NCBI GenBank assembly: GCA_965207735.1
Contig: OZ242296.1
Location: forward strand, 5,056,001 to 5,120,000
DNA: 64,000 nt
Origin: Candidatus Versatilivorator sp.
GTDB lineage: Bacteria; Acidobacteriota; Terriglobia; Versatilivoradales; Versatilivoraceae
Direction: 5' to 3'
The notes beneath the pieces were generated by a model. That model had not been told where the DNA came from and searched no databases. It saw only the letters and a program-made list of their open reading frames with translations. This document shows, piece after piece, positions 29,169 through 38,641 of this stretch; position 1 is the stretch's first letter, and the number at the start of each line of letters is the position of its first letter. The position numbers and the translations under genes were made by a program.

Positions 29169-31394
29169 GTGAACCGTCGAGAGTTTTTGGAGGTTTCCGG
29201 GGCCGTGACCGCCTCCGGCGGGCTGGCCTGGGCCTCGCCGGCAGCCGTCGCCCCCGTGAAATCGGGCAAGACCTCCAACTACCATGTGGGCGTGGAGTAC
29301 TACCGCGCCCCCATGCCGCCCATGGAGATGTGGGACGAAGATTTTGCCGCCATCAAGAGGGCCGGCTTCGACTCGGTCCGAAGCTTTACCTCCTGGAACT
29401 GGATAGCTCCGGAACCGGGCAAGATCGAGCTCGGCGACTTCGACCGCATGTTCGAGCTGGCTGCCAAGCACGACTTGAAGGTCATCTTCGACTTCACGCT
29501 GTCGACCCACATGGCCTGTCCCGACTGGATGATGCGCAAGCACCCCGACATGCGGGTGGTCTACCACACCGGGGAGGTGGCCGAGCCCTTTGCCAACTCG
29601 GCCGGCGTGCAGGGAGGCAATCGACACTGCTTCGACCATCCCATGTGGAAGGTTTACGCCGAAGAGGCGCTGCGGGCGGTGGTCAACCGTTACAAGGACT
29701 CGCCGGCCATGGGCATGTGGGTCGTCTGGGACGGTCCCGGGCTTCAGGGGATGGGCAGCGACGTGAACCGGCCCGGCTGGAGTTGTTACTGCGTCCACAC
29801 CCGAGCCAAGTACAAACAGTGGCTGAAGCAGCACTTCACCCTGGAGCAGTTGAGCGAGCGCCTGGGGATGCGATACCGGACCTGGGAGGATGTGGCGGCT
29901 CCGCAGTCCAAGAACCTCCTCATGGCCATGCTGCTGTTCCGGCAGTTTCTCTACGAGAACGTGGCCCAGATCCTGAAATGGCAGGTGGAGATCGTGCGCG
30001 GCCTGGATCCCAAGCATGAGCTTCACAGCCACGGTTTCCGCTACAACAACCCCCTGGACGAGAGATGTGCCCAGGAGTGCGACAGTTGGGGCTTTGCGTC
30101 CCACAGCACCAACCTGTTCGCCAGCGAGGACCCCTATCAGTACAGCAATATCGCCTATGCCAGCCAGTGGTCTCGGGCGGTGGGGAAGAACCACCAGTGG
30201 TGGTACACCGAGATCTATTCGGGGTTCTACCACGGCGGCATGACCTATCGGAAGCAGACACTGCCCGAGGATCTGGCCATGTGTCTGTGGATGGGACTGA
30301 TCTATGGCGCCAAGGGAGCCATCTTCTGGCAGTACCGTCCCGAATACGGCACCCACGAGGCGCCGGGTCTCAACCTGGTGACCATGAGTGGCAAGCCCCT
30401 GCCGCAGCTCAAGGCCATCGAAAAGGCCATCGGGTCCATTCGATCCATCGAGTCCCACCTGCCGCTGAAGATCCCGCGGGCCGAGATAGCCATAGCCTAC
30501 GACAGCGACAACGCCATCATCATGGAGATGGAGAATGCCAAGGGGCAGCAGTTGCGCTTCATCCGCGGCATTCACCGCAGCCTGTGGGAGAACAACATCC
30601 CGGTGGACCTGGTGACCACCCGGATGGACTGGTCGGGCTACAAGCTGGTGTTTCTGCCCAGCCTGATGTTGCTGACCGAGTCGACCATCGACAAGATCCG
30701 CCGGGTCCGGCGGGACCACCCGCAGATCCACCTGTTTGCCGATGGGATCCTGGGGACCAACGCGCCCACCGGAAGGTTCAGCTACAATCCTCCCGAAGGG
30801 CTGACGGAATTGCTGGGGGTCCAGGTGCTGGACTACTCCCGCATCGACGCCCTGGACCTGCGTGAGGGGCGGGACCGGATTCGCACCGATTTCGGGGAAT
30901 TCACCCTCGAGCAGGCTTGCAATTACGCCAGCCTGGAGCCTCAGGGCAAGACGCGTGCCGTTGCCACCTTCGGCAGGGAAGTGGTGGGGGTGCAGACGGC
31001 CGACGGGCGCTTCACCTGGCTGACGGTACCCATTGGAGCCGCCTTCGGGGGGCTTCCCGAATCCGTTCTCAAGGACCTGCCTGCCGGGCATGCCCTGGAC
31101 GGCGTGGCCCCCATGGCCTTGCTGGAACCCTTTCTGGAGGCAGCCGGGGTGCGCCGGCCCCTGTCGACCCAGGGGAGCAAGGTGATTGCCCTGACCCGGG
31201 AGTCGCCGGCCGGCGGCAGCCTGGTGTTCGTCCTCAACCTGGAAAATTCGGTCGCCGATGTGCGCGTGGCTCTGGCGGAGAAGCCGGGCCGGGCCGAGGA
31301 CCTGATCCAAAAGAGCCAATTGAATGTGGCCGACGGCGCTTTCTCGCTTCAGATCCCGCCACGCAGCCTGAAGGTTGTGCATTGCCGGGCTTGA
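29169..31394 (+). CDS. GH42-like beta-galactosidase family glycoside hydrolase (Tat signal)
   Basis: MNRREFL, GVEYY, WDEDFAAIKRAGFDSVR, WNWIAPEPG and GAKGAIFWQYR. Confidence 0.8.
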   Translation: MNRREFLEVSGAVTASGGLAWASPAAVAPVKSGKTSNYHVGVEYYRAPMPPMEMWDEDFAAIKRAGFDSVRSFTSWNWIAPEPGKIELGDFDRMFELAAKHDLKVIFDFTLSTHMACPDWMMRKHPDMRVVYHTGEVAEPFANSAGVQGGNRHCFDHPMWKVYAEEALRAVVNRYKDSPAMGMWVVWDGPGLQGMGSDVNRPGWSCYCVHTRAKYKQWLKQHFTLEQLSERLGMRYRTWEDVAAPQSKNLLMAMLLFRQFLYENVAQILKWQVEIVRGLDPKHELHSHGFRYNNPLDERCAQECDSWGFASHSTNLFASEDPYQYSNIAYASQWSRAVGKNHQWWYTEIYSGFYHGGMTYRKQTLPEDLAMCLWMGLIYGAKGAIFWQYRPEYGTHEAPGLNLVTMSGKPLPQLKAIEKAIGSIRSIESHLPLKIPRAEIAIAYDSDNAIIMEMENAKGQQLRFIRGIHRSLWENNIPVDLVTTRMDWSGYKLVFLPSLMLLTESTIDKIRRVRRDHPQIHLFADGILGTNAPTGRFSYNPPEGLTELLGVQVLDYSRIDALDLREGRDRIRTDFGEFTLEQACNYASLEPQGKTRAVATFGREVVGVQTADGRFTWLTVPIGAAFGGLPESVLKDLPAGHALDGVAPMALLEPFLEAAGVRRPLSTQGSKVIALTRESPAGGSLVFVLNLENSVADVRVALAEKPGRAEDLIQKSQLNVADGAFSLQIPPRSLKVVHCRA

Positions 31395-31470
31395 GGCTGC
31401 CGGCGGCCCTGTCTTGAGCGACCGGGTGGCCCGATCGCTCTTGGAAGTCATCCATCAGGAGGAATCATCC

Positions 31471-31956
31471 ATGTTCAAGGTAGAGTTCGGAGTCGTGCAT
31501 CGCGGGTGCCTGGTGAACCAGTTGTCCCGGGCGGTTCCCAGCGTGAGATTCATTTGCCCGGGCGGTTTCATTCTGGGGCCCACCTCGGCGGAAGAGATCC
31601 TGGTTTTGGACGATCCCAGCGAGCAGGAGCTTCAAGCCGTGCTGGACCACCTGGAGAAGGATTCCGGTATCGCCGAGTGCAGCCTGCTGGAACGATCGGG
31701 AGACAAGGCCTTCGTTCGTATCCTGACCTCGGCCAGTCCGGGCGAGGGGTATTGCTCGGAGGTGGTCGCCAGGAACAACGGCTTTCGCATCGGGATGGAA
31801 ATCCAGCAGGGCGGTGTCGAAAAATGGAAGGTCGGCTGCTTTGAACGCGCCAACGCCGAGCAATTGCTGCAGGATCTGGCAAAGCTGGGCGAGATCAAAT
31901 CGCAATCCATCAGTGAAGTGAGCTGGCAGGAACTGCTCGGGCAGGGTCCGGCATGA
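31471..31956 (+). CDS. Hypothetical protein resembling the N-terminal domain of bacterio-opsin-activator-type regulators, without an HTH
   Basis: ATG 31471 follows an AGGAGG RBS. Motifs VVHRGC and GGVEKWKVG; overlaps the cupin start. Family call is by eye. Confidence 0.55.
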   Translation: MFKVEFGVVHRGCLVNQLSRAVPSVRFICPGGFILGPTSAEEILVLDDPSEQELQAVLDHLEKDSGIAECSLLERSGDKAFVRILTSASPGEGYCSEVVARNNGFRIGMEIQQGGVEKWKVGCFERANAEQLLQDLAKLGEIKSQSISEVSWQELLGQGPA

Positions 31957-32303
31957 GAATCGTCTACTCCAGGGAAGAACCCATCGATCGCAGCGACCCC
32001 GGGCTGGAAGCCCTGAGGCTGGTCAACAGCGGGAAAGGCGCCCGACATATGACCGCAGGCGTAGCCTCCTTCTCTCCCGGCTCGGCGGTTTTCCTGCACA
32101 CCCACCCCTGTGAGGAGACGGTCATCATTCTGGAGGGCCGGGCAACGGCTGAGGTCGACGGCAAGATCTTTCAGCTCGGCAAGTATGACGCCACCATTGT
32201 TCCGCCGCTGGTGCCTCACTGCTTTCGCAACGAGAGTCGGGAGCCCATGGTGATCGCCTATTTCTATCCCGACGTGGACGTAGCCCGGGATCCGGTGGAA
32301 TAG
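31953..32303 (+). CDS. Cupin-2 domain protein
   Basis: LHTHPCEETVIILEG and VPPLVPHCFRN. Confidence 0.88.
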   Translation: MRIVYSREEPIDRSDPGLEALRLVNSGKGARHMTAGVASFSPGSAVFLHTHPCEETVIILEGRATAEVDGKIFQLGKYDATIVPPLVPHCFRNESREPMVIAYFYPDVDVARDPVE

Positions 32304-32475
32304 TTGAGAGTGGAGAGTGAATAGTTGAGAGTGGATAGCTATTGGATCCAGACGTTAAGCATCTTGTTGATCTTGGCCCGACCGTTTAAAGTGCGCAACC
32401 ACGCTAAAAGGTACTTACCTGTTTCGGGAACCCTCCGGTGAAAACTCTTCACTCTCCACTCTTCACTCTCCACTA
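32301..32475. repeat. Inverted pair of heptamer tandem arrays
   Basis: AGTTGAG/AGTGGAG/AGTGAAT-type units at 32302-32338 and complementary CTCTTCA/CTCTCCA units at 32445-32474. Confidence 0.7.
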
Positions 32476-32490
32476 AACCGAGGGTGTCCC

Positions 32491-33882
32491 ATGAATCGAA
32501 GACAGCTTCTGCAGAGCCTTACCGTGGCTTCGGGATTGACGGCCACCGTGGCGGCCTGCAAGAACCAATCGGGAGAGCCGGCGGGATCCGCGGCTACCGG
32601 TGGCTCCGGTTCCGGCGAACCGGTCTGTTACACCTCCGACTGGAAGCGCACCCGGCCGGACCTGGTGCTCTACCTGCCCAAGGAACCCCCCTACGCGTCC
32701 GAGGCCAGCGACCACGTGCTTGTCGAGGTCACTCCCGGAGGTGACCTGCTGGCCATCTGGACCCTGGCCACCAAGGAGGGAGCCCACGACAATTCGGTGG
32801 TGTACGCGCGCAGCAAGGACAACGGCGTGACCTGGACCCGGCCCCAGCCCATCGCGGCCCCCGAGAGACTGGGGACCTACTGCAACTTCGGCTGGCCGGT
32901 GGTCAGCAAGTCGGGTCGCATCTACGTCTTCTACAACTTTGCCCCGGGAATCGGCGAGGGGTTCATCAACGCCCTCATGCGCTGCAAGTTTTCCGACGAT
33001 GACGGCTACACCTGGCAGGATGCCGGCATCGACATGCCCTACAAGAGGAACCCGAAGTACGATCATCCCGGTCCGGATGTGCTCAGTCGCTGCATCGTCT
33101 GGCAAAAGCCCATCCGGGACGCCAAGGACCGTCCGGTGGTTCCCCTGACCCGGTCCACGGCGGCTTACGTCAAGCCGTTTTCCAGGGACAAGAATCTGGG
33201 GGAATGCCGTTGCGAATTCATCCGTTACGAGAATATCGACGAGGGACCCCATCCCAGGGATCTCAAGCTGACTTATCTCCCCGAGGACGAGGATCTGATT
33301 TGGGTCCCCTGCACCTTCGAGCCGGAGAAATCCCAGGGATACACCTTCTGCCAGGAACCCGGGACCGTGCTCCTGCCGGACGGACGCCTGTTTGCGGCCA
33401 TGCGAACCGCCAACGGGCAGGTGTGGTACACGGTGTCGGACGACGCCGAGGCTCGGACCTGGCGGCAGGCCGAGATGTTGAGGTACCGCGACGGCGGGAA
33501 ACCGGTGGAGAACCCGGTCTCGCCCACCCCCATGTTCCGGCTCTCCGACGGACGCTTTCTGCTCTTCATGCAGAACCACGACGGCACGGGTTACGGAGGC
33601 AAGGGGCCGTTGGATCTCAACGCACGACGCCCGCAGTTTTTCGTGGTAGGGGAGTATCGCCCCCAGGCCCACCAGCCCGTCTGGTTCAGCCGGCCCAAGA
33701 TGATCTTCGACACCCACGCCACGGGTGTTTTCCCCAAGTACTGGAAGTGGTTGTCCATGTACGCCAGCTTCACCGAGCACCGGGGCAAGCGCATCCTCTG
33801 GTACGCCGACCGAAAGATTTTCGTGCTGGGGCGCACCATCACCGACGAGATGCTGGCCGACATGGCCGTTCCCAGAGCGTAG
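32491..33882 (+). CDS. Sialidase-like BNR/Asp-box protein, Tat lipoprotein
   Basis: MNRRQLL...AAC; Asp boxes SKDNGVTW, SDDDGYTW and SDDAEARTW; QEPG..LPDGRL. Confidence 0.85.
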   Translation: MNRRQLLQSLTVASGLTATVAACKNQSGEPAGSAATGGSGSGEPVCYTSDWKRTRPDLVLYLPKEPPYASEASDHVLVEVTPGGDLLAIWTLATKEGAHDNSVVYARSKDNGVTWTRPQPIAAPERLGTYCNFGWPVVSKSGRIYVFYNFAPGIGEGFINALMRCKFSDDDGYTWQDAGIDMPYKRNPKYDHPGPDVLSRCIVWQKPIRDAKDRPVVPLTRSTAAYVKPFSRDKNLGECRCEFIRYENIDEGPHPRDLKLTYLPEDEDLIWVPCTFEPEKSQGYTFCQEPGTVLLPDGRLFAAMRTANGQVWYTVSDDAEARTWRQAEMLRYRDGGKPVENPVSPTPMFRLSDGRFLLFMQNHDGTGYGGKGPLDLNARRPQFFVVGEYRPQAHQPVWFSRPKMIFDTHATGVFPKYWKWLSMYASFTEHRGKRILWYADRKIFVLGRTITDEMLADMAVPRA

Positions 33883-33955
33883 CGAGGTCGCGCCCGGACC
33901 GAAACGCATTTAAAAGAGTTATCCACTAAGGGCTACGAAGAAATTGTTGATTTCT

Positions 33956-34264
33956 GAGCCTTTTGCAAAATTCGGAGTCGGGCGATCCTTTTTCAGATCG
34001 AGGGTTTTTCCTCCCGAGGCCCTCAAGGATCCGGTGACACTGAACCGGTTTGCCGTCTGAAGCTCAATGGCCACAAAAGGCACAAAAACACAAAGAGAAC
34101 CATCGGATCGGCAAGTCTCGAAATCAAGAAACTCGTTTTGTGCCTTTTGTGCTTTTTGTGGTTTCTGTTGTCTCTTGTGCTTATCGTGGTGAATGCTGGA
34201 GCCTGCAGCACATCATCCTTGCCGCCTCAATGTCATTCCCGATTGCGATATTTGCAAAAGGCTC
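33956..34264. mobile_element. 309-bp MITE related to the IS at 10016-11502
   Basis: Left end GAGCCTTTTGCAAAATTCGGAGTCGGGC matches the IS left end at 27/28. Right end is TTTGCAAAAGGCTC. No transposase and no target duplication visible. Confidence 0.8.
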
Positions 34265-34430
34265 ATAATGAACATGGATGCACAGGATGCACAGGATAAC
34301 CAGGACGGGACGCTGCTGCACGAGAAGCCGGCTCCGGCAATGATCGTGCGCGGATTTGCGGATGCTCAGGATTACCCGCTAGCCGTTTCCTGAAAAAATC
34401 CTGTGCATCCTGTGCATCCATGTGAATCAA
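34265..34430. repeat. Dispersed repeat family A, copy 1 (about 165 bp, CATGGATGCACAGGATGCACAGGAT inverted arms)
   Basis: Reverse complement closely matches 46870-47026 along the whole length. Confidence 0.88.
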
Positions 34431-34590
34431 AACCTGTTCCGAGCCTCCATAAAACTGTTGGCTGCGGAATTTTGCAAGAGGTTCTTCTGATTGTTGATTG
34501 GGAGGTATCCCAACTGACGTTGCCTCAAGATCCAAAATCCACAACACTTGACTCATCCGTCAGCGTTGTTTCGACTCAAGGAGTCATTCG

Positions 34591-35610
34591 ATGGCATACT
34601 CACGAGTTCCCCCCAGCACATTGAGCCGGCGCGGTTTTTTGGCCGGGCCGGTGGCGGCCACGGTCCTGGCGCTTCAGGGGCGGAGCCGGGCAGCGGCTCT
34701 CCCGATTCTCCCGGGGGCCGACTCCGCGACCGCCGTCGACCGGATCTACCGCAAGCTCCGGGGGCCGGTGGTGCCCATCAACATTCCCCTGGCCAAGGAC
34801 TACTCGGTGGACTACGGCAATCTCAGGGCCTACGTGGACTTCCTCTGCGAGAACCAGGCGCCGGTCATCTTCTTCACTCATGGCAGCAGCGAATTCAGGA
34901 GCATGAGCGAGCCTGAGATCGAGAAGCTGTGCCGGACCGCGGCCGAGCAGGCTCGCGGGCGTGCCCTGGTGATCGGGGGAACCGGGAAGTGGTGGACCGG
35001 CAAGAGTATCGACTTCATCCGGCGCCTGGAGGACTCGGGTGTGGATGGGGTCAACCTGCACCTCTTCACCAAGAAGCCGGAGGAGGTCTACGCCGCTTTT
35101 TCCGAAGTTTCCAGCCGAACCCGGCTGCCCCTGCTGGGTTACGACGAAGACTATTCGGCGGATCTGGTGGCCCGCCTGTCCACCATCCCCAAGGTGTGCG
35201 GACTGAAGAGCCATGACGCCCTCTACCGCTATCACGACTTCATCCGGGCGGTTAAGGACAAGGAATTTGTGGTCATTGGGGGGGGACAGATGCGTAATTT
35301 TCTCTATGGATACCTGATCGGCTCTCAAGGGTACCTCTGCGCCTATGCTCCCTTTGCCCCGGCAATCGCCTTCCGCTTCTACGGCGCTCTGGAACGCAAC
35401 GACCTGGATGAAGCCCGACGGGTGATGTTCGAATACGAAGATCCGCTCTTGAAAGTGGCCGGCTCCCTGGGCTGGGGCCAATCCATCAAGAGCATTCTGC
35501 AGATCAAGGGGCTCTTCCACACCAATCTGTGGCGGCCGCCCATTCCCTCCCACGGACCCGAGCAGAAAAAACAACTGAGGCAGTTCCTGGCCGACAAGGG
35601 CCTGCTGTAG
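34591..35610 (+). CDS. DHDPS/NAL-family aldolase with Tat signal
   Basis: LSRRGFL, DYSVDYGNLRAYVDFL, HGSSEF, and Schiff-base lysine in CGLKSH. Confidence 0.85.
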   Translation: MAYSRVPPSTLSRRGFLAGPVAATVLALQGRSRAAALPILPGADSATAVDRIYRKLRGPVVPINIPLAKDYSVDYGNLRAYVDFLCENQAPVIFFTHGSSEFRSMSEPEIEKLCRTAAEQARGRALVIGGTGKWWTGKSIDFIRRLEDSGVDGVNLHLFTKKPEEVYAAFSEVSSRTRLPLLGYDEDYSADLVARLSTIPKVCGLKSHDALYRYHDFIRAVKDKEFVVIGGGQMRNFLYGYLIGSQGYLCAYAPFAPAIAFRFYGALERNDLDEARRVMFEYEDPLLKVAGSLGWGQSIKSILQIKGLFHTNLWRPPIPSHGPEQKKQLRQFLADKGLL

Positions 35611-35702
35611 CCGACCCTCGATTGCGTCCGGCCATCCATCGAGTCTATGATTGAGGTGGGGGTAGTCTCGCCTCTCGAGTTCCGAAGACACCCGCGCCAG
35701 TC

Positions 35703-36749
35703 ATGACACTGCCGACCGATCGCCGTGACTTCCTGAAATCCTCGGCCCTGATTGCGGGAGCTTCGGCGGTGACCTCCAGCCCAATGGCCATGTCCCTGAA
35801 ATCCCCTGTCGAGCCCGCCGCCGCGGTCGAGCTGAGAGCCAGGCTGCTGGAATGCCTGGGTGGAGACTGGCCCGAGCCCGGCGAGCTCGAGCCCAGGGTC
35901 ACACGGGAGGAGCAGCGCAAGGGTTACCGCTTGCTCCGGGTCGATTACGCGGTGGAGCCCGGCGATCGGGTGCCGGCCATCCTGTTGATCCCGGACGGAG
36001 TCACTCCCGCCTCGCCGGCCGCCGGGGTAGCCCTTTGGCACCAGCACGCGGGAAAGTGGCACCTGGGCAAGACCGAGCCCGCTGGCCTGGCCGGCGATCG
36101 GATGCACCATACCGGCGTGGCCCTGGTCCGACTGGGATACGTGGTCCTCTGTCCCGACGCCCTTTGCTTCGAAGATCGCCGGGATCCGGAGAGCCGGTTG
36201 AAGGGCGGCGATTATGAGCGGTACGAGTTCCTGCGTCAGGTGGTGAAGGGGCGCTGCATGGCCTGGAAAAACATTCTGGATATGCGGCGCGCCGTCGACT
36301 ACCTGAGCGCACGTCCGGAGGTCGACCCCCGGCGCCTGGGGTGTTACGGCCACTCCATGGGATCGACCCACACCTGGCTGGTGGGGCCCTGGGAACCGCG
36401 CTTGAAATGCCTGGTGGGCAACTGTTGCCTGCCCACCTACCGGGCGATTCATCGCCACAAGCTGCTCCACTGTTTCCCCAACTTCATCCCGGGTTTTCAC
36501 CGATTTGGGGATACTCCCGATATCGCCGGCCTGATTGCACCCAGGGCGCTGCATTTGAACTTTGGAGAGAACGACGCCAGCTCGCCCATCGGGGAGGTGC
36601 GGCGCGGCATGGAGCGCATCGGCCAAGCGTACGCCCGGGCCGGGGCCGCCGGCAGCTTCACCTGGTTCATCGAGCCCGGCGCCGGCCACGTCTTGTCGGA
36701 GAAGATGTGGCGGCGGGTCCGGGAGACGTTTGGGAAATACCTGGCGTGA
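35703..36749 (+). CDS. Alpha/beta hydrolase (dienelactone hydrolase / esterase-like) with Tat signal
   Basis: DRRDFLK, nucleophile GHSMG, LIAPRAL and GAGH. Confidence 0.88.
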   Translation: MTLPTDRRDFLKSSALIAGASAVTSSPMAMSLKSPVEPAAAVELRARLLECLGGDWPEPGELEPRVTREEQRKGYRLLRVDYAVEPGDRVPAILLIPDGVTPASPAAGVALWHQHAGKWHLGKTEPAGLAGDRMHHTGVALVRLGYVVLCPDALCFEDRRDPESRLKGGDYERYEFLRQVVKGRCMAWKNILDMRRAVDYLSARPEVDPRRLGCYGHSMGSTHTWLVGPWEPRLKCLVGNCCLPTYRAIHRHKLLHCFPNFIPGFHRFGDTPDIAGLIAPRALHLNFGENDASSPIGEVRRGMERIGQAYARAGAAGSFTWFIEPGAGHVLSEKMWRRVRETFGKYLA

Positions 36750-36847
36750 CGGTCCCCCCGGACAAGCAGGGCAGCCGCGGGGCGGTCGGTGGCCGCGCCG
36801 GCAGCGACGGGACATAGATAGATGGAGTCGAGAATGGAGAAGGCCGG

Positions 36848-38641
36848 ATGAGTCTGCAGCTCATGTGGTGTCGGTGGTTGATAAGCGGGTGTTTGGTGGG
36901 CTGTTTGCCGGCCGGGTGGTTGTCGGCGGAAACCGTTTTCCAGCGGTACCATCCGCAACCCCTGGAGATCCGCAACCATCCCTTGGAAATTGAGAACAAC
37001 TCCGACCATCCCTATCGGTTTGTGCTTTCCGTTTTAGGGGTGCGGCAAGCAGAGTTCGTTCCCCTGCTGGCTGTCGTTCTGGACCCGGAGGACTCCACGC
37101 CTCATCAGTGGATTGCGGTCTGGAACTTGAGCAGCAGCTCTCCCGGGTTCATCCAGCGAGTGAAGGCGGCGCTGCCGTTTCCCTGGTGGTCGCCTCGGGG
37201 CGGTGCAGGTGGAACCGCGGGGTCTATCCGAAGACTGCCCAAGCCGGTCTTGACGGCGCGTGGCCGAAAATCGGGCGCCAAGGGCCGGTTTGTCTGGGCA
37301 GCCGCCAGGACGGTGTCGGACTTCGCCAGTTTTTTCAGTCCGGGGCGGTTTGCGCTGGAGACCTACCGGGACCATCGCAACGATCTGGACGAACGGCAAT
37401 TCCATCAACTCTACTCCCTCCTGTTGCTCTATGAAGAGGCAGCGGCCCGGCAGTCCTCCGACCGGAACCTGGGGCTGCGAGCCATCATGGACTTGAAATA
37501 TACGGCCCTGATCAACCGCGAGGCTCTGGGCATCGTGGTGAGCGGTCGCTCCGAATACTGGGTGGTGGACAACTTCGAGACCCGCATGCGGGAAAAAATG
37601 GGGAAGGCGGCCGCCTATCTGCACAGCCGGGCCACTCTCCAAGACTTGCGTTTCCAGGAGGTTCACTTTGGACTGGATGGCCGGTGGCCGCTTTTTCGGA
37701 CCGCGGTTCTCTCGATCTGCAAGGCGGATCTGCCCAAACAGCCCAGGTCTTGGCCCAAGAATAATCCCTTCGACCTGGGCTACAACCCTTTCGAGCATCC
37801 GAAAGTCCGGGCACGCATGGACGAAAATCCCGAAGAAGAGATCCCGCTGGCCTATTACGTGCTCATCAGCGATTTCAAGTTGCGCCCGGTGATTGTGCTG
37901 AACTTCTTCAATCCGGGAAACCCCGGCCGAAGGCAGGACACGGCCGTGCTTCGCAACACGGCCGAGAATTTGCTTTCCGTCTATGGCTTGCCGCTCCACC
38001 TTCAGGCACTTCGCTACATCGGCAGTTGGAGCCTCGGCAGGAAAGACGTAACCTATTTCAGCACCCGATCGGTCTCCTCGGGAATCGAGCCGGCCAAGCT
38101 TTTTGCTCGAATGGGCTGGCATTTCGACGAGGACACCAATCGGCTGCTGCTCAGGATGCTGGATCGGCGCACCTCCAACCCACTGGCCGATTCCTTCGCC
38201 CGCCAGGCTGAGAACGCCAGGACCCGCCACCAGGCCATCACCCGAAACGCTTCCGGGCGGCTGCGCCTCTTCGTTCGCAGGGTCTACGAGGACGGAATTC
38301 GGGAGAGGCTCGACCTGGGCCGCCGCTCGATCTCCACTGAGGACATCGCCCGCTTCCGGCAACAGCGGCGGCTGGACCGAGCGCTGGAGATCATTCGCGG
38401 GTTCAATCGGCAGCCCCACATGAACGGGGTGGCCTGGCCCCGCCTGTTCCAGGCCTGGGACCGCCTTTCCGCGGCCGATCCGCGGCGCGGCCGGCCCGAG
38501 TCCCGGCGCTTCCTGCAGAAACTCCAACGGCTTTACCCGCGCGCGGTGCCGGAAGGATACCGGAGCCAGGTGGCGGGCTGGATTTTCCCCTCCGGCCCCG
38601 CCTCTCAGTCCTCGGCCTTCCCCGCTAAATCAACTCCTTGA
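36848..38641 (+). CDS. Hypothetical secreted protein
   Basis: 597-aa ORF with a signal-like N-terminus, co-oriented with its neighbours. TTGA overlap with the next gene. Confidence 0.7.
   Translation: MSLQLMWCRWLISGCLVGCLPAGWLSAETVFQRYHPQPLEIRNHPLEIENNSDHPYRFVLSVLGVRQAEFVPLLAVVLDPEDSTPHQWIAVWNLSSSSPGFIQRVKAALPFPWWSPRGGAGGTAGSIRRLPKPVLTARGRKSGAKGRFVWAAARTVSDFASFFSPGRFALETYRDHRNDLDERQFHQLYSLLLLYEEAAARQSSDRNLGLRAIMDLKYTALINREALGIVVSGRSEYWVVDNFETRMREKMGKAAAYLHSRATLQDLRFQEVHFGLDGRWPLFRTAVLSICKADLPKQPRSWPKNNPFDLGYNPFEHPKVRARMDENPEEEIPLAYYVLISDFKLRPVIVLNFFNPGNPGRRQDTAVLRNTAENLLSVYGLPLHLQALRYIGSWSLGRKDVTYFSTRSVSSGIEPAKLFARMGWHFDEDTNRLLLRMLDRRTSNPLADSFARQAENARTRHQAITRNASGRLRLFVRRVYEDGIRERLDLGRRSISTEDIARFRQQRRLDRALEIIRGFNRQPHMNGVAWPRLFQAWDRLSAADPRRGRPESRRFLQKLQRLYPRAVPEGYRSQVAGWIFPSGPASQSSAFPAKSTP

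Noticed and set aside
28863-31451. 862-aa antisense ORF (similarly 56944-59892, 37034-38527, 32473-33909 and others)
   Set aside because: These are mirror frames of real high-GC genes, with no motifs.
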